Origin: Candidatus Latescibacterota bacterium
Lineage (GTDB): Bacteria > Latescibacterota > UBA2968
Direction of reading: 5' to 3'
NCBI GenBank assembly: GCA_965204375.1
Contig: OZ241986.1
Coordinates: 2,560,001-2,624,000, forward strand
Length of the DNA: 64,000 nucleotides
A model generated the notes under the pieces. It was not told the DNA's origin and did no database searches. It saw only the letters and a list, made by a program, of their open reading frames with translations. How positions within the stretch are numbered: the stretch's first letter is position 1; every line of letters starts with the position of its first letter. Shown here one piece after another: positions 47,645-57,992 of the stretch. Position numbers and translations under genes: made by a program.

Positions 47645-49049
47645 ATCCAGCACTCGCCGCTGTGATAAATCGCCTCTCCCTTTGACTTTTGAGCACATGT
47701 TGTTCAATCTCTGCTGGATCGCCCCAAATTTCCAATAGCCGCTCGCACATGGCATCGCGTATTTCGTGGTGTTGTGCCGACTCTGACAGGTCGTTAAACT
47801 CATTCGGATCTTCTGCAATATTGAACAATTCGAGCGGATCTCCCGGGCTCATATTGAGTTTGTAATCGCCCTTTTTGAGCATACCCACGGGCCGAATAAC
47901 ACCGTGTGCGAGGTATTCACAGAAGGCCTCGTCTTTCCAAGTCTCAGTCTCGCCACTGATCAGCGGCAAGAGGCTATCGCCGTCAAGAGGCGCAATATCC
48001 ATCGAAGCGCCAGAGGCATCGATTATAGTGGCGATGAGATCGACGAGCGAAACATTTTGTGCCACGCGCAATCCACCTGGGATATGCCCGGGCCAAACAA
48101 CTTGAAGAGGCACGCGAGAGGACGCTTCATACATATTTGATTTGCGCCACATACCGTGTTCGCCATTCATTTCCCCGTGATCTGAGGTATGCACGATAAT
48201 CGTATCCTCAAGCTGGCCGGTTTCCTCGAGCGCATCGATGAGCCGGCCTATTTTTTCGTCCAAATAGGTAATAAGTCCGTAATAACCCGCGCGTCCCCTC
48301 CGCACGAGTTCCTCGGGAAAATCTGTCATACCAAACATCAGGCGCAGGCGTTTGTAAACCGGGTGCATATTTTCCAGATGGCCTTCGGGGATATCGGGCA
48401 TATCAATCTGATCGCGCGGATACATATCCCAAAACCGCCGCGGAACCACAAGCGGAAAATGGGGTGCGATAAACCCCACATTGATACACCAGGGCTGTTC
48501 TTTGCGAGCGGGATCTTTGATATACGCGAGAGCCGCCTCTTCAACTTGATCATCAACCTGTATCTCAGTCGTTGTACCCGGTCCCGCTTGTGCAATACCA
48601 TTCCAAGGCTTTTGGGCTTCAACAACCCCCGCGTCCCAATTGCCCTCGCCGCGCGGGACACCGTTTTTTGTCCACAGTTCCGCATGCAAATCGCGCGCGA
48701 GTTGTGTGCGAAAACCGTGCAACTGATCGAGACCACAAAAGTGCTGCTTACCCGATATCACAACATCGTAACCGGCATTTCGCAAGCGATGCGCCCACGT
48801 AACCGTATCCGACGCCATGGGAAAACCATTGTCATACGTACCGATGCGATTGATATAACGCCCCGTCATAAATGACATGCGCGACGGACCGCAAATCGGC
48901 GAATTGCAATACGCATTATCAAACGTAACCCCCATCTCAGCCAAACGCTCCATATTCGGCGATTGCACCAGTGAATGCCCGTGAATACTGCTGTATTGAG
49001 GGGCATGCTCATCAGACATAATAATCAGAATATTGGGCTTATCAGACAT
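47643..49049 (-). CDS. sulfatase (choline-sulfatase-like)
   Basis: PNILIIMSDEH, CGPSRMSFMTG, GKQHF, SDHGE. Confidence 0.93.
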   Translation of the reverse strand: MSDKPNILIIMSDEHAPQYSSIHGHSLVQSPNMERLAEMGVTFDNAYCNSPICGPSRMSFMTGRYINRIGTYDNGFPMASDTVTWAHRLRNAGYDVVISGKQHFCGLDQLHGFRTQLARDLHAELWTKNGVPRGEGNWDAGVVEAQKPWNGIAQAGPGTTTEIQVDDQVEEAALAYIKDPARKEQPWCINVGFIAPHFPLVVPRRFWDMYPRDQIDMPDIPEGHLENMHPVYKRLRLMFGMTDFPEELVRRGRAGYYGLITYLDEKIGRLIDALEETGQLEDTIIVHTSDHGEMNGEHGMWRKSNMYEASSRVPLQVVWPGHIPGGLRVAQNVSLVDLIATIIDASGASMDIAPLDGDSLLPLISGETETWKDEAFCEYLAHGVIRPVGMLKKGDYKLNMSPGDPLELFNIAEDPNEFNDLSESAQHHEIRDAMCERLLEIWGDPAEIEQHVLKSQRERRFITAASAG

Positions 49050-49064
49050 AGAAACTCCTGTTCT

Positions 49065-50102
49065 TCATGCCGAAATCACATCCGTAGGTTCACCGGCTTG
49101 ATCGGCGAGCGCGGTATCAAAGATATTTTCAAGCGTACACTGCGGCTCGTAGCCTATCAACGTACGCGCCTTGCTATTATCAGACCAATAGACCCACTGC
49201 ATGGGAACCTCAACCGCAAAAGGCGGAACACCCGTTATCTCCGCGAGATAATCCGCGACCTCGGGAAAAGCGAGCGGCCGGTAAATCGGCGCATTAAACG
49301 CCTCGCCAACCGCAGCGGGATGATCGAGCGCGCAAATACACGCCCGCGCAGTATCGCGAGCATCAGAAGGCGACCACATCCACGGACGCCCCTCGCGATT
49401 GGTGACAGCACATGGTTGATCGGGACGCTCGGCGCGGTCGAGCATATCCTGTGCAATAGCCGCGCCATCCGGATGGTAAATTCCACTTTCCGGTCTATTC
49501 GCAGCTTCTCGGATGCGTCCTGCCACAAACTGAACATTCCAACGCCCCAGCACTTCACTGCCCGCAAACATCCCAGAAGGGCGAATAATGGACAATTGAA
49601 GATCGTGTCCATTCATGTACCCTTCAGCCATCGCTTCGTTTATATATTTCAGCGTGCTATAAAGCCCACGTGGACGCTTGGGATGGATTTCATTCACCGG
49701 CTGATAACAGGGCGGAATATGCTGATTGCCCATCGGATAAACCGCGTCGGTGCTGACATGGACAAACCGGTAGAGTTTATCGGCAAATGGTACTGCCGCT
49801 TCAAAAAGATTGTACGTACCCGTAACATTGATCTCGTAAAACGTCTGATTGTCCATACCGCGCGGGGGACCCAGAATATTTGCCGTATGAACAACCGCAT
49901 CTACACCATCCACAATATCGCGACACAACGCCGCATCTCTGAGATCGCCCTCAATCTTTTCAATATCAAACGAATCGAGCTTGAATTTCTTGGGATCGTC
50001 GGGAAGAATCAGCGCGCGAACATCATCCCCACGCTCAACCAACTGCTTGACGACATTCGCGCCCAAACGCCCCGTAGCACCCGTAACGAGGATTTTGCTC
50101 AT
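49065..50102 (-). CDS. NAD-dependent epimerase/dehydratase
   Basis: ILVTGATGRLG, YSTLK. Confidence 0.88.
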   Translation of the reverse strand: MSKILVTGATGRLGANVVKQLVERGDDVRALILPDDPKKFKLDSFDIEKIEGDLRDAALCRDIVDGVDAVVHTANILGPPRGMDNQTFYEINVTGTYNLFEAAVPFADKLYRFVHVSTDAVYPMGNQHIPPCYQPVNEIHPKRPRGLYSTLKYINEAMAEGYMNGHDLQLSIIRPSGMFAGSEVLGRWNVQFVAGRIREAANRPESGIYHPDGAAIAQDMLDRAERPDQPCAVTNREGRPWMWSPSDARDTARACICALDHPAAVGEAFNAPIYRPLAFPEVADYLAEITGVPPFAVEVPMQWVYWSDNSKARTLIGYEPQCTLENIFDTALADQAGEPTDVISA

Positions 50103-50113
50103 AGTTACCTCTT

Positions 50114-50416
50114 CTATACTTTAGACAAACGATGTACAACTTCAAATCGCTCCGATTCAGTCGGCTGCGACCAGAGATCACTTGCGCCACTCATAACGGC
50201 TTCCCGCTCGGGGCTGGCACGCCAGCCCTCGTAGATTTCTTCATTCTCCCAAATAACGAGCGTCGTAATCTTCGTCTCGTCGGCAAGGGCGTGAAGCGTC
50301 TGACGGCTAACGAATCCGGGAGCCTGACTCTGGGCAATACCATTGCGATTCAAAAGATCGCGAGCCTCATCAACACAATCATCTTTAGCCCAGTGGTGCG
50401 TAAGAACGCCTATCAT
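50114..50416 (-). CDS. antibiotic biosynthesis monooxygenase (ABM) family
   Basis: APGFVSR..L, VIWENEE.YE.W..S; GGAGG RBS. Confidence 0.8.
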   Translation of the reverse strand: MIGVLTHHWAKDDCVDEARDLLNRNGIAQSQAPGFVSRQTLHALADETKITTLVIWENEEIYEGWRASPEREAVMSGASDLWSQPTESERFEVVHRLSKV

Positions 50417-50480
50417 TAAAAACCTCCATCTGTGTTCATCTGCGAAAAACGCTCAAATTATTCGCGTTTTTTTCTGCGGA

Positions 50481-51338
50481 TCACACTTCTACCTTCTCCC
50501 CCGACGCCTGCGACTTCTCGAGCGCCTCGAGCACAGCAACGGGCGTGAGAATTGAGCCATCTGTCTCATCTGTCTTACCCGTACTGAACATGTGGCAAAA
50601 ATCGAGAACACCCGTCAGATACGTATTCTCATCGTATCCGATCACGCGATCGGTGCGTCCCTTTTCCCCAATCACAGAAACGTGAAAACCCACGCGACCT
50701 TCGCCAACGAGATTCATCGTTGAAATCGCGCCACTCGCAGAATAAAGCGTCGCAGTGTGGTTTTGCCTCCCGCGATTGAGCTGTACATGCGCGATATCCT
50801 GATCGAGCAAGCGCACGACCATATCGACCTGATGAATCCCATAAAAAAAGACACCGCCATATTCAGAATCAATATCGCAAGGCCCCGTCGAAACAACTGA
50901 AATAATGCGCCCGAGTTCTCGAACATCTTCCTGCAACTGCGCGAAAGACGCCTGCTTGGGCAAAACCGAAAAAGAACACACAGGCACATTGAGTTCACGC
51001 GATCGAGCCAAAAACTCTTTGCCTTCATCGAGACGATAACAAAACGGCTTATCGACAAAAAGTGGAATTTTAGCTTCCAGCAATGGACGCACCGCAGGCA
51101 GGTGATATTTGGGATGGCGATGATCCACAATAGCCGCATCGACCTGTCCAATCAGATCCTCAGGCTCTTGCACAATATTGGGAATCAGCCCCCGCTCCTG
51201 TGCATCTTTCGCATCGCCCGGCGTCTCTCCCCAAACATGTGTAACACTAAAACCGGGCACCAGTCTATCAATATTAATAGTTTTTGCAATCGCCACAGTA
51301 TGGCTATTCTCCGCCCCAATAATACCAATAGTGGGCAT
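50481..51338 (-). CDS. Gfo/Idh/MocA oxidoreductase-like
   Basis: IGIIGAENSH, FVDKP, FYGIH. Confidence 0.82.
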   Translation of the reverse strand: MPTIGIIGAENSHTVAIAKTINIDRLVPGFSVTHVWGETPGDAKDAQERGLIPNIVQEPEDLIGQVDAAIVDHRHPKYHLPAVRPLLEAKIPLFVDKPFCYRLDEGKEFLARSRELNVPVCSFSVLPKQASFAQLQEDVRELGRIISVVSTGPCDIDSEYGGVFFYGIHQVDMVVRLLDQDIAHVQLNRGRQNHTATLYSASGAISTMNLVGEGRVGFHVSVIGEKGRTDRVIGYDENTYLTGVLDFCHMFSTGKTDETDGSILTPVAVLEALEKSQASGEKVEV

Positions 51339-51410
51339 CGTATTACTCCTTTCAGTTGAATCACTTCCACCGTATCTCGAAAACGGGCGACCCAATAGGA
51401 TCGCAACGAC

Positions 51411-51434
51411 GGGCGAGGCATGCCTCGCCCCTAC
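51411..51434 (-). repeat. GTAG-type REP palindrome
   Basis: Minus strand GTAG-GGGCGAGGCATGCCTCGCCC (perfect 20-bp palindrome). Confidence 0.75.
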
Positions 51435-51498
51435 GCATCTGTCCGCGCTTCAGCAGGCGGGTCTGCATTTATCTGCGTCCATCTGCGTCATCTGCGGA

Positions 51499-52740
51499 TC
51501 AACTCCACAGCCTGTCATTCACCTGTTCTTCATTCCACGCATCTGTCGGTTCAAAATAGCCCGGCAAATTGGGATTGATATGTTCTTTTATCGCTTCTTC
51601 ATTCAAATCAACGCCGAGCCCGGGCGTGTCGGGCACCTGAATATAACCATTTTGAACAATGGGATTGGGCAAGCCCGTAACGAGCGTATTCCACGGCGGA
51701 TAATCAACAGCGTGGCATTCCAGAACCAGAAAATTATTTGTCGCAGCCGCGCAATGCACGCTCGCCATCGTAGCAACTGGCGTCGCCGCCATGTGCATAG
51801 CCATCGCAATGCCGTGTTCTTCCGCGTAATCGCCAATCCGCTTAGTTTCGAGAATCCCCCCCGACGTAGCGAGATCCGGGTGAATAATAGAAACGGCTTT
51901 ATTATCGATCAGCGGCTTGAAATGTTCCAAAAGATAAATATCTTCACCCGTGCAAACCGGGGTCGCCGTTGCGTTTTTAAGACGCACCCATTGATCCGTA
52001 AGTTGCCATGGAATCATATCTTCCAGCCAGGCGAGATTGAACCGCTCAAGTGCGCGCGCAAGGCGAATACACGACTCCACATTGATATGTCCAAAGTGAT
52101 CCGCAGACAGGGGAATCTCATATCCCACAATATCGCGCACGACTTCCACATATCGAACGAGAACATCGATACCCTTATCGGTGAACTGAATACCCGTAAA
52201 AGGATGCATAACCTGCGAGGTTTCCAGCATACCCGCGGGAGAGGACACCGTACCCGGAATATCTTTGAGCAAACGCACACCAATATCCATCTTCAAAAAA
52301 GTAAAACCCTGCTCCATGCACGCCTTCAAGCGATTGCCCATCTCTTCGGGATCCGGCGTTGTAGGCGTATCGCAATAGATACGAATCTGATCGCGGAATT
52401 TCCCGCCTGCGAGCTGGTAACAGGGCACGCCATACGCTTTGCCTGCCAGATCCATCAACGCCATCTCCACACCGCACACGCCGCCGGCCTGCCGCGCATG
52501 CCAGCCAAACTGTTTGATCTTGCGAAATAACTTATCCACATTACAGGGATTTTCACCCAAAAGCTGGCGCTTCAGTTGCAAAGCGTAAATATGACTGGCC
52601 CCATCGCGCACCTCTCCCAAACCATAAATACCCTGATTGGTATCCAGGCGAATGAGCGTAGAGCGCATAGGCACACCGGAAAGATTGACAACGCGCATAT
52701 CGGTAATTCTGAGATCTGACGGGGATGAGTGTGTATTCAT
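51499..52740 (-). CDS. mandelate racemase/muconate lactonizing enzyme family
   Basis: EMALMDLAGK, LKMD, ADH, WLED, CTGE. Confidence 0.9.
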   Translation of the reverse strand: MNTHSSPSDLRITDMRVVNLSGVPMRSTLIRLDTNQGIYGLGEVRDGASHIYALQLKRQLLGENPCNVDKLFRKIKQFGWHARQAGGVCGVEMALMDLAGKAYGVPCYQLAGGKFRDQIRIYCDTPTTPDPEEMGNRLKACMEQGFTFLKMDIGVRLLKDIPGTVSSPAGMLETSQVMHPFTGIQFTDKGIDVLVRYVEVVRDIVGYEIPLSADHFGHINVESCIRLARALERFNLAWLEDMIPWQLTDQWVRLKNATATPVCTGEDIYLLEHFKPLIDNKAVSIIHPDLATSGGILETKRIGDYAEEHGIAMAMHMAATPVATMASVHCAAATNNFLVLECHAVDYPPWNTLVTGLPNPIVQNGYIQVPDTPGLGVDLNEEAIKEHINPNLPGYFEPTDAWNEEQVNDRLWS

Positions 52741-52882
52741 ATAATTGCTCCTGATCGCGGATGAACTGCAGTCGCAGTTTTACACCGCTTAAACGGATTA
52801 AAAGATGGCGCAGATTATTGTCCAGCGAATTTGCTTGCTTCGTGCGTGGTACGCGCTACGTCTATTCTATTCGCGCTTTTTT

Positions 52883-54088
52883 TCACGGCCGCATGGGCGA
52901 CCCATCTGGTGCCCGCGTTTGCGTCCACTGAATAATCTCATCTTCGGGCGGATATTTTGCAGCGAGATCTTCGTCAATATCAATACCCAGACCGGGATTA
53001 TCATTGGGATACATATAGCCCTCGCGCACCTCGGGTAAACCGGGAAACATATCATAGACGAGATCGTTGAAACGGCACCACTCCTGAATACCGAAATTGG
53101 GCGCCCACAAGTCGAGGTGCAAATTGGCCGCATGACCAACAGGCGATGTATCGCCAGGACCGTGCCACGCAGTGCGCACATTGTACATATTGGCATAAGC
53201 AGCGACATTGCGCGCAGGAGTAATACCACCCATCTGGCTAACGTGCATGCGAATAAAATCAATGAGCCGATCCTGGATGAGGGGCATCCACTCGTGCGGA
53301 TGATTAAAAAGTTCGCCCATAGCCAGAGGCGTGGCGCACTGCGCGCGCATGTGGTGAAAATACGCATTGTCTTCCGGCGCGAGTGCATCTTCCAAAAAGA
53401 AAAGTTTAGAAGGCTCCACGTCTTTGGCGAACTGGATCGCGTCAATCGGGCGCAAACGCTCGTGGATATCGTGCAAAAGCTCGATTTCAGGCCCGACCTC
53501 CGCACGCACATGTTCAATCATATCGCACATGCGACGGCAATATTCTCGCGGATGATAATAAGCACCATCGGGCGCACCATCGGGTTTTTGAATACTCTCT
53601 GACTGCCCCCCATATCCCCCCATCTGCACGCGGATATGGCGATAACCCTGTGCCATATAATGACGCACGCTATCCACCACTTCGTATTTATCGCGCCCAT
53701 TGGCGTGTGCATACGTATCTGCCGCCTCTCGACACTTCCCACCCAGAAGTTGATACACGGGCATACCCGCGCGTTTGCCCTTAATATCCCACAACGCCTG
53801 ATCCACCCCCGATATGGCATTATTGAGCACGGGACCGTTGCGCCAGTACCCATTGACCATGCTCATCTGCCAAATCTCCTCAATGCGGTCCACATCGCGT
53901 CCTATGACAAAAGACTTGAGATGTTTTTCAATAGCCGTACGCACCGCGTGAAATCGCTGCGTAAATGTCGCACAACCCAAACCGTAAAGACCGGGTTCCG
54001 ACGTAATGATTTTGACAATCACGAGCCGTGAACCCGCAGGCTGTGTCACAATGGTTTTAACGTCTTTAATAGTTACAATTTCTGGCAT
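52883..54088 (-). CDS. rspA: D-mannonate dehydratase family (RspA/ManD)
   Basis: YWRNGPV, DQALWDIKGK, LLHDIHERL, WHGPGDTSPVG. Confidence 0.85.
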   Translation of the reverse strand: MPEIVTIKDVKTIVTQPAGSRLVIVKIITSEPGLYGLGCATFTQRFHAVRTAIEKHLKSFVIGRDVDRIEEIWQMSMVNGYWRNGPVLNNAISGVDQALWDIKGKRAGMPVYQLLGGKCREAADTYAHANGRDKYEVVDSVRHYMAQGYRHIRVQMGGYGGQSESIQKPDGAPDGAYYHPREYCRRMCDMIEHVRAEVGPEIELLHDIHERLRPIDAIQFAKDVEPSKLFFLEDALAPEDNAYFHHMRAQCATPLAMGELFNHPHEWMPLIQDRLIDFIRMHVSQMGGITPARNVAAYANMYNVRTAWHGPGDTSPVGHAANLHLDLWAPNFGIQEWCRFNDLVYDMFPGLPEVREGYMYPNDNPGLGIDIDEDLAAKYPPEDEIIQWTQTRAPDGSPMRP

Positions 54089-54103
54089 ATCTACTCCAAT
54101 CTT

Positions 54104-55144
54104 TTACATTCCCTCAGGCAACGCGAGATCAAAGCGCCGCGCAGCTTCGCGGAGCTTCTCCACCGTCCCCATCGGAATGGGAATACCATCGACAGAGCGT
54201 TCGGCAAGGGTGCGATTTTCGGGTTCTCCGGGCATGAGAATATCGTCAAAGCCATCTGCTCTGGGCAGAGCTTTGAGTTCATCAATCAAATTATCAACGT
54301 GATCTTTGTAATCATCCAGCTCAACAAAAAAGGAAATATCAATCGCAGCGACAATGCCGTTTTGCTTTTTCAAACTCTCACCCCCACGCAATACGGGAAC
54401 GAGCAGAGGATTATCGACCATCAAACTGGACAAACACTGAAAAATCAGAGCCAGGCCCGATCCCTTGGGGCCACCCGCCGGGCGCAGAATAACGCCCTTA
54501 CGCGCATCCGTCGTCGGATTGCCCGCAGCATCGAGAGCCCAGTCTTCGCCCAGCGGCACACCCTTATCCTGCGCGAGTTGAAGTTTGCCACCCGCTGCCA
54601 CACTGGTCGCCATATCGAGACTGATGGGATCGCGTTTGTTTGCCGGAACCGCAACGGCTATCGGGCTATTGTGAACGCCCGCTGCCTTCGCGCCAAAGGG
54701 AGCCATATTGGGCGGGCTACAAACAATGGCAATACCCGCAAAACCCTCCTGTGCCGCCATCAAAGAATAATACGCCATCGCGCCCTGATGCGTGACATCG
54801 CTGAGCAACACCCATCCAATGCCCACATTTTTAGCCTTCTCAATGGCTTTTTTCATCGCTGGCACGGTCGCCACAGGCCCAAGAGCGCGGTCGCACGCGA
54901 TATGGGCAACCGCTGGCGACTCTTTCACGACGCGGATATTGGGGCGAGGATTCATCGCGCCTGTCTCAATATTGTTGAGATACGAAATAATGCGCAAAAC
55001 CCCGTGCGAGTCAACCCCACGCAGATTCGCCCAAATAAGCACTTCTGCTTCTACGGCGGCATCTTCGGGCGGCATACCCGCATTTTCAAAAACGGATTGG
55101 ATAAATGGTTCGAGGTGTTCTGCGCGAATGCGAATATCCGACAT
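54104..55144 (-). CDS. Ldh_2 family oxidoreductase (malate/L-lactate/ureidoglycolate dehydrogenase type)
   Basis: ANLRGVDSHG, LDMATS, GPKGSGL, MPGEPE. Confidence 0.9.
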   Translation of the reverse strand: MSDIRIRAEHLEPFIQSVFENAGMPPEDAAVEAEVLIWANLRGVDSHGVLRIISYLNNIETGAMNPRPNIRVVKESPAVAHIACDRALGPVATVPAMKKAIEKAKNVGIGWVLLSDVTHQGAMAYYSLMAAQEGFAGIAIVCSPPNMAPFGAKAAGVHNSPIAVAVPANKRDPISLDMATSVAAGGKLQLAQDKGVPLGEDWALDAAGNPTTDARKGVILRPAGGPKGSGLALIFQCLSSLMVDNPLLVPVLRGGESLKKQNGIVAAIDISFFVELDDYKDHVDNLIDELKALPRADGFDDILMPGEPENRTLAERSVDGIPIPMGTVEKLREAARRFDLALPEGM

Positions 55145-55247
55145 GGCAATCCTTTCCAAAAGGCAGTAAGAGGTAAAAGGTAAAAGGAAAGACGACCACC
55201 CTACCCCCTCTCACGTCTCACATCTCACGTCTTACTTTTGAGAAACC

Positions 55248-55276
55248 TTGACTTTGTAATTTTTTTCCGCTATGCT
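55248..55276 (+). promoter_or_regulatory. sigma-70 promoter
   Basis: TTGACT-17 bp-TATGCT. Confidence 0.55.
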
Positions 55277-55443
55277 GTCTGACAAATTAGGTTCGCGTTT
55301 TTGAAGCGTCAAGATATTTTATCAAATGGCAATAAACCTCGCGCCGACATAGGGCGGGATTGGGCGACCTGACCGCTTGGGGCTGTTGGGTGGCCTTCTC
55401 ACTTCTTACTTCTCACTTCTCACCTTCCCTGGAGGGCCTACTT

Positions 55444-57003
55444 ATGAAACAGTGTTTTGAACATTATCGGACATTGCGAAAAGAGATGGATGCGTGGTTA
55501 GACCAGAGCCGCCGAATGGACCCGCCGAGCAGGCATGGCGGAGGTGAAGATGAAGCGAACTATTCGCTGGCCTGGTTCCCCCACTATCTCATCACGGGAA
55601 ATGACGGAGTGCGGGAGCACTTTGATCACCTGCGCGATATGCTGGCCGGATGGGTGGAACGAGACTGCCTGCACGGTTATGAACCCGAAGCCGAAGCCCA
55701 TCACGGAACCGAACCCTTTCTGCTCTTTTTGCCGCGTTACCTCGGATTATTTCCCGAAGACGAAAAAGCAAACGCCCTGTTACAAGACGCAGCCGAACAC
55801 ATCGGCAACTGGGTCGAAGGCATTCCCGAATGGTTTGACTGGGAGCGCAACCGGTTTTACGGATATTATATTGGCACGCGCACAGTTGGGCGAAACGATG
55901 GCTACGATGCCGAAATTGCCGAGCACTTCCGCTTTGTCCACATTGCCCTTGCCGCACACAGAATGACGGGACAAGACCAGTACCTGGACTGGGCTTTGCA
56001 ATACGGCAAGCGCCGGGCAGAAATGATTGTCGCCATACCAGATGGTCCCTTGCCCATTGCCTGGGATGCAAACGGCCAACCGAGATTTGGCAGGCAGGCG
56101 ACTGGACAACAAAAAAAGGCGGCACAAGCCGGGCATCACGTCCCTGGCGACCCACTCATCGGAGTCGAAGTACTTCTGGCTTCCGGCGCCATATACGCCC
56201 TGGGCGATTTGTTTGAAGCATCGGGCGACGCCGTATTTCACCAGGCGGCGCGGCGAATTGCAGAACCGATGGTCAGCGAATTGTTGGACCCGTATTCGGA
56301 CCCCGGTGCAGCGGCGATCTCCTATTTTCGGCGGCAGTTCTCCGATCCCTCTCTGGACGAGGCAATTCGGGCGCAAATCGCGCGTTTTCCCGACATGCAA
56401 GAAGGCGAATTAGCCATGGTCTTTCCGCAAGCGCGCCGCCGCGATTGGCCCGGCGTGGGCAAGCGCAACGACATGACCTATTGGGGAATATGGAATGGTG
56501 ACGGCTCCGTAACACCCACAACAGAACCGACCACTGCGGCACTAACGCTGGCCTATCAAGTGACAGGTGATGAAAGCTATGCCGAACGCGCATTAAAACA
56601 AGCGGCAGATAAGCTGACGATGGCGCGTCGAGTGCTGCGCGGTGGCAGAGAACACGCCGATATGGGTGGCGCAGTCTGTTCGACAGCGGCCGGACACGGG
56701 CGCAACTGGGGCATTGGTCCCGTAACCGGATGTTACGGCCCATTGCTTTTGGGCACGCGAGAAGTAAAAAGCAAAGTGACGCCAACAGTCGAAGTAAAAC
56801 ACGCCAATGGCGAGCGCGGCATTCCCAACCAAATCCTTCCACTCGTAATCCATTCCGGAACAGAGGTGGATGGCGTGATGTTTTACAATGGCGGCGACTC
56901 AGACATCTCATTTTCCTGGCGATTTGAGGACAACGGATGGCAGGTTCTCACCGTAGGGTCCCGCGAAGTTGTCGATGTGGAATTGACAGGAGTAATGGCA
57001 TGA
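55444..57003 (+). CDS. hypothetical protein, possibly an (alpha/alpha) toroid enzyme
   Basis: 519-aa ORF with GGAGG RBS; TG...YL..A helical repeats; no family recognised. Confidence 0.7.
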   Translation: MKQCFEHYRTLRKEMDAWLDQSRRMDPPSRHGGGEDEANYSLAWFPHYLITGNDGVREHFDHLRDMLAGWVERDCLHGYEPEAEAHHGTEPFLLFLPRYLGLFPEDEKANALLQDAAEHIGNWVEGIPEWFDWERNRFYGYYIGTRTVGRNDGYDAEIAEHFRFVHIALAAHRMTGQDQYLDWALQYGKRRAEMIVAIPDGPLPIAWDANGQPRFGRQATGQQKKAAQAGHHVPGDPLIGVEVLLASGAIYALGDLFEASGDAVFHQAARRIAEPMVSELLDPYSDPGAAAISYFRRQFSDPSLDEAIRAQIARFPDMQEGELAMVFPQARRRDWPGVGKRNDMTYWGIWNGDGSVTPTTEPTTAALTLAYQVTGDESYAERALKQAADKLTMARRVLRGGREHADMGGAVCSTAAGHGRNWGIGPVTGCYGPLLLGTREVKSKVTPTVEVKHANGERGIPNQILPLVIHSGTEVDGVMFYNGGDSDISFSWRFEDNGWQVLTVGSREVVDVELTGVMA

Positions 57004-57977
57004 AATACCGCACATTGGGAGCGACCGGCCTCGAAGTATCGGAAATTGGATTGGGCGCCTTTCCCATCTCGGGCAAACAACAACGAGCAGATGGAAGTAT
57101 CGAAGTCTGGTCGGGCACAAGCGATGCGGAATCCATCGCGCTGATCCATCGCTGTGAAGAACTCGGTGTAAATTTAATCGATTCTGCGGAAGGCTATGGC
57201 GACGGTCACAGTGAAGAACTCGTCGGACAAGCACTACAGGGACGGCGAGATAAATGGATCATCGCAACCAAAGTGCAGCCAAACCGGGACATTGATCAAA
57301 ACGATGAGCAATCAGTACACAACCGGATTGTCGAAGCATGTGAAAACAGCTTAAAACGCATGCAAACGGATTTTATCGACATTTATCAACTCCACGCAAT
57401 ACCGCACGAATGGGCCATGCCCGCCGTAATGAAAGCCCTCGAAAAATTGCAACGGAAAGGCAAAATCAGATGGTACGGTATCTCGACCAACAACCGGGGA
57501 GCCATCGATAAACTGCGGGCATTGGGTCCCATCCACATTTTGCAGATCGGATACAATTTGTTAGAACGCGGTGCCGACGAATTATTGCACTGGTCAAAAG
57601 AAGAAAAAATAGGCACACTGATCCGCGTGCCCCTGGCAAAGGGCCAATTGACCGGAAAATACTTTGGGCAGAATGCCGAGCAAATGCCGCAAAACGATTT
57701 GCGATATGAGCGGTTTCAGCGCACCGAAGTGCAAGAGGGATTGAAAAAACTACCCGAACTCCTGTTTTTGCAAACAGAGCAACGAACTATGGCGCAGGCA
57801 GCTCTGCGATTTGTATTGGATCACCCCGGCGTATCCTGCGTCATTGCCGGCGCAAAAAATCGACAACAAGTCGAAGACAACACAGCAACTTCAGACATGC
57901 CACCGCTCACACACGAAGAACTATCTCGCGCCCTTCCCATCACAGATGTGATTGGCACAGCGGGATGGATTGGGTGA
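57000..57977 (+). CDS. aldo/keto reductase
   Basis: YRTLGATGLEVSEIGLG, DSAEGYG, IATK, IDIYQLH. Confidence 0.93.
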   Translation: MKYRTLGATGLEVSEIGLGAFPISGKQQRADGSIEVWSGTSDAESIALIHRCEELGVNLIDSAEGYGDGHSEELVGQALQGRRDKWIIATKVQPNRDIDQNDEQSVHNRIVEACENSLKRMQTDFIDIYQLHAIPHEWAMPAVMKALEKLQRKGKIRWYGISTNNRGAIDKLRALGPIHILQIGYNLLERGADELLHWSKEEKIGTLIRVPLAKGQLTGKYFGQNAEQMPQNDLRYERFQRTEVQEGLKKLPELLFLQTEQRTMAQAALRFVLDHPGVSCVIAGAKNRQQVEDNTATSDMPPLTHEELSRALPITDVIGTAGWIG

Positions 57978-57992
57978 ATCAGGAGGAACATC

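Noticed and set aside
48975-52530. Long + strand ORFs 48975-50234 and 51178-52530 (and similar shadows such as 54299-55183 and 1584-2309)
   Set aside because: Antisense to well-supported genes, with no RBS or recognisable motifs
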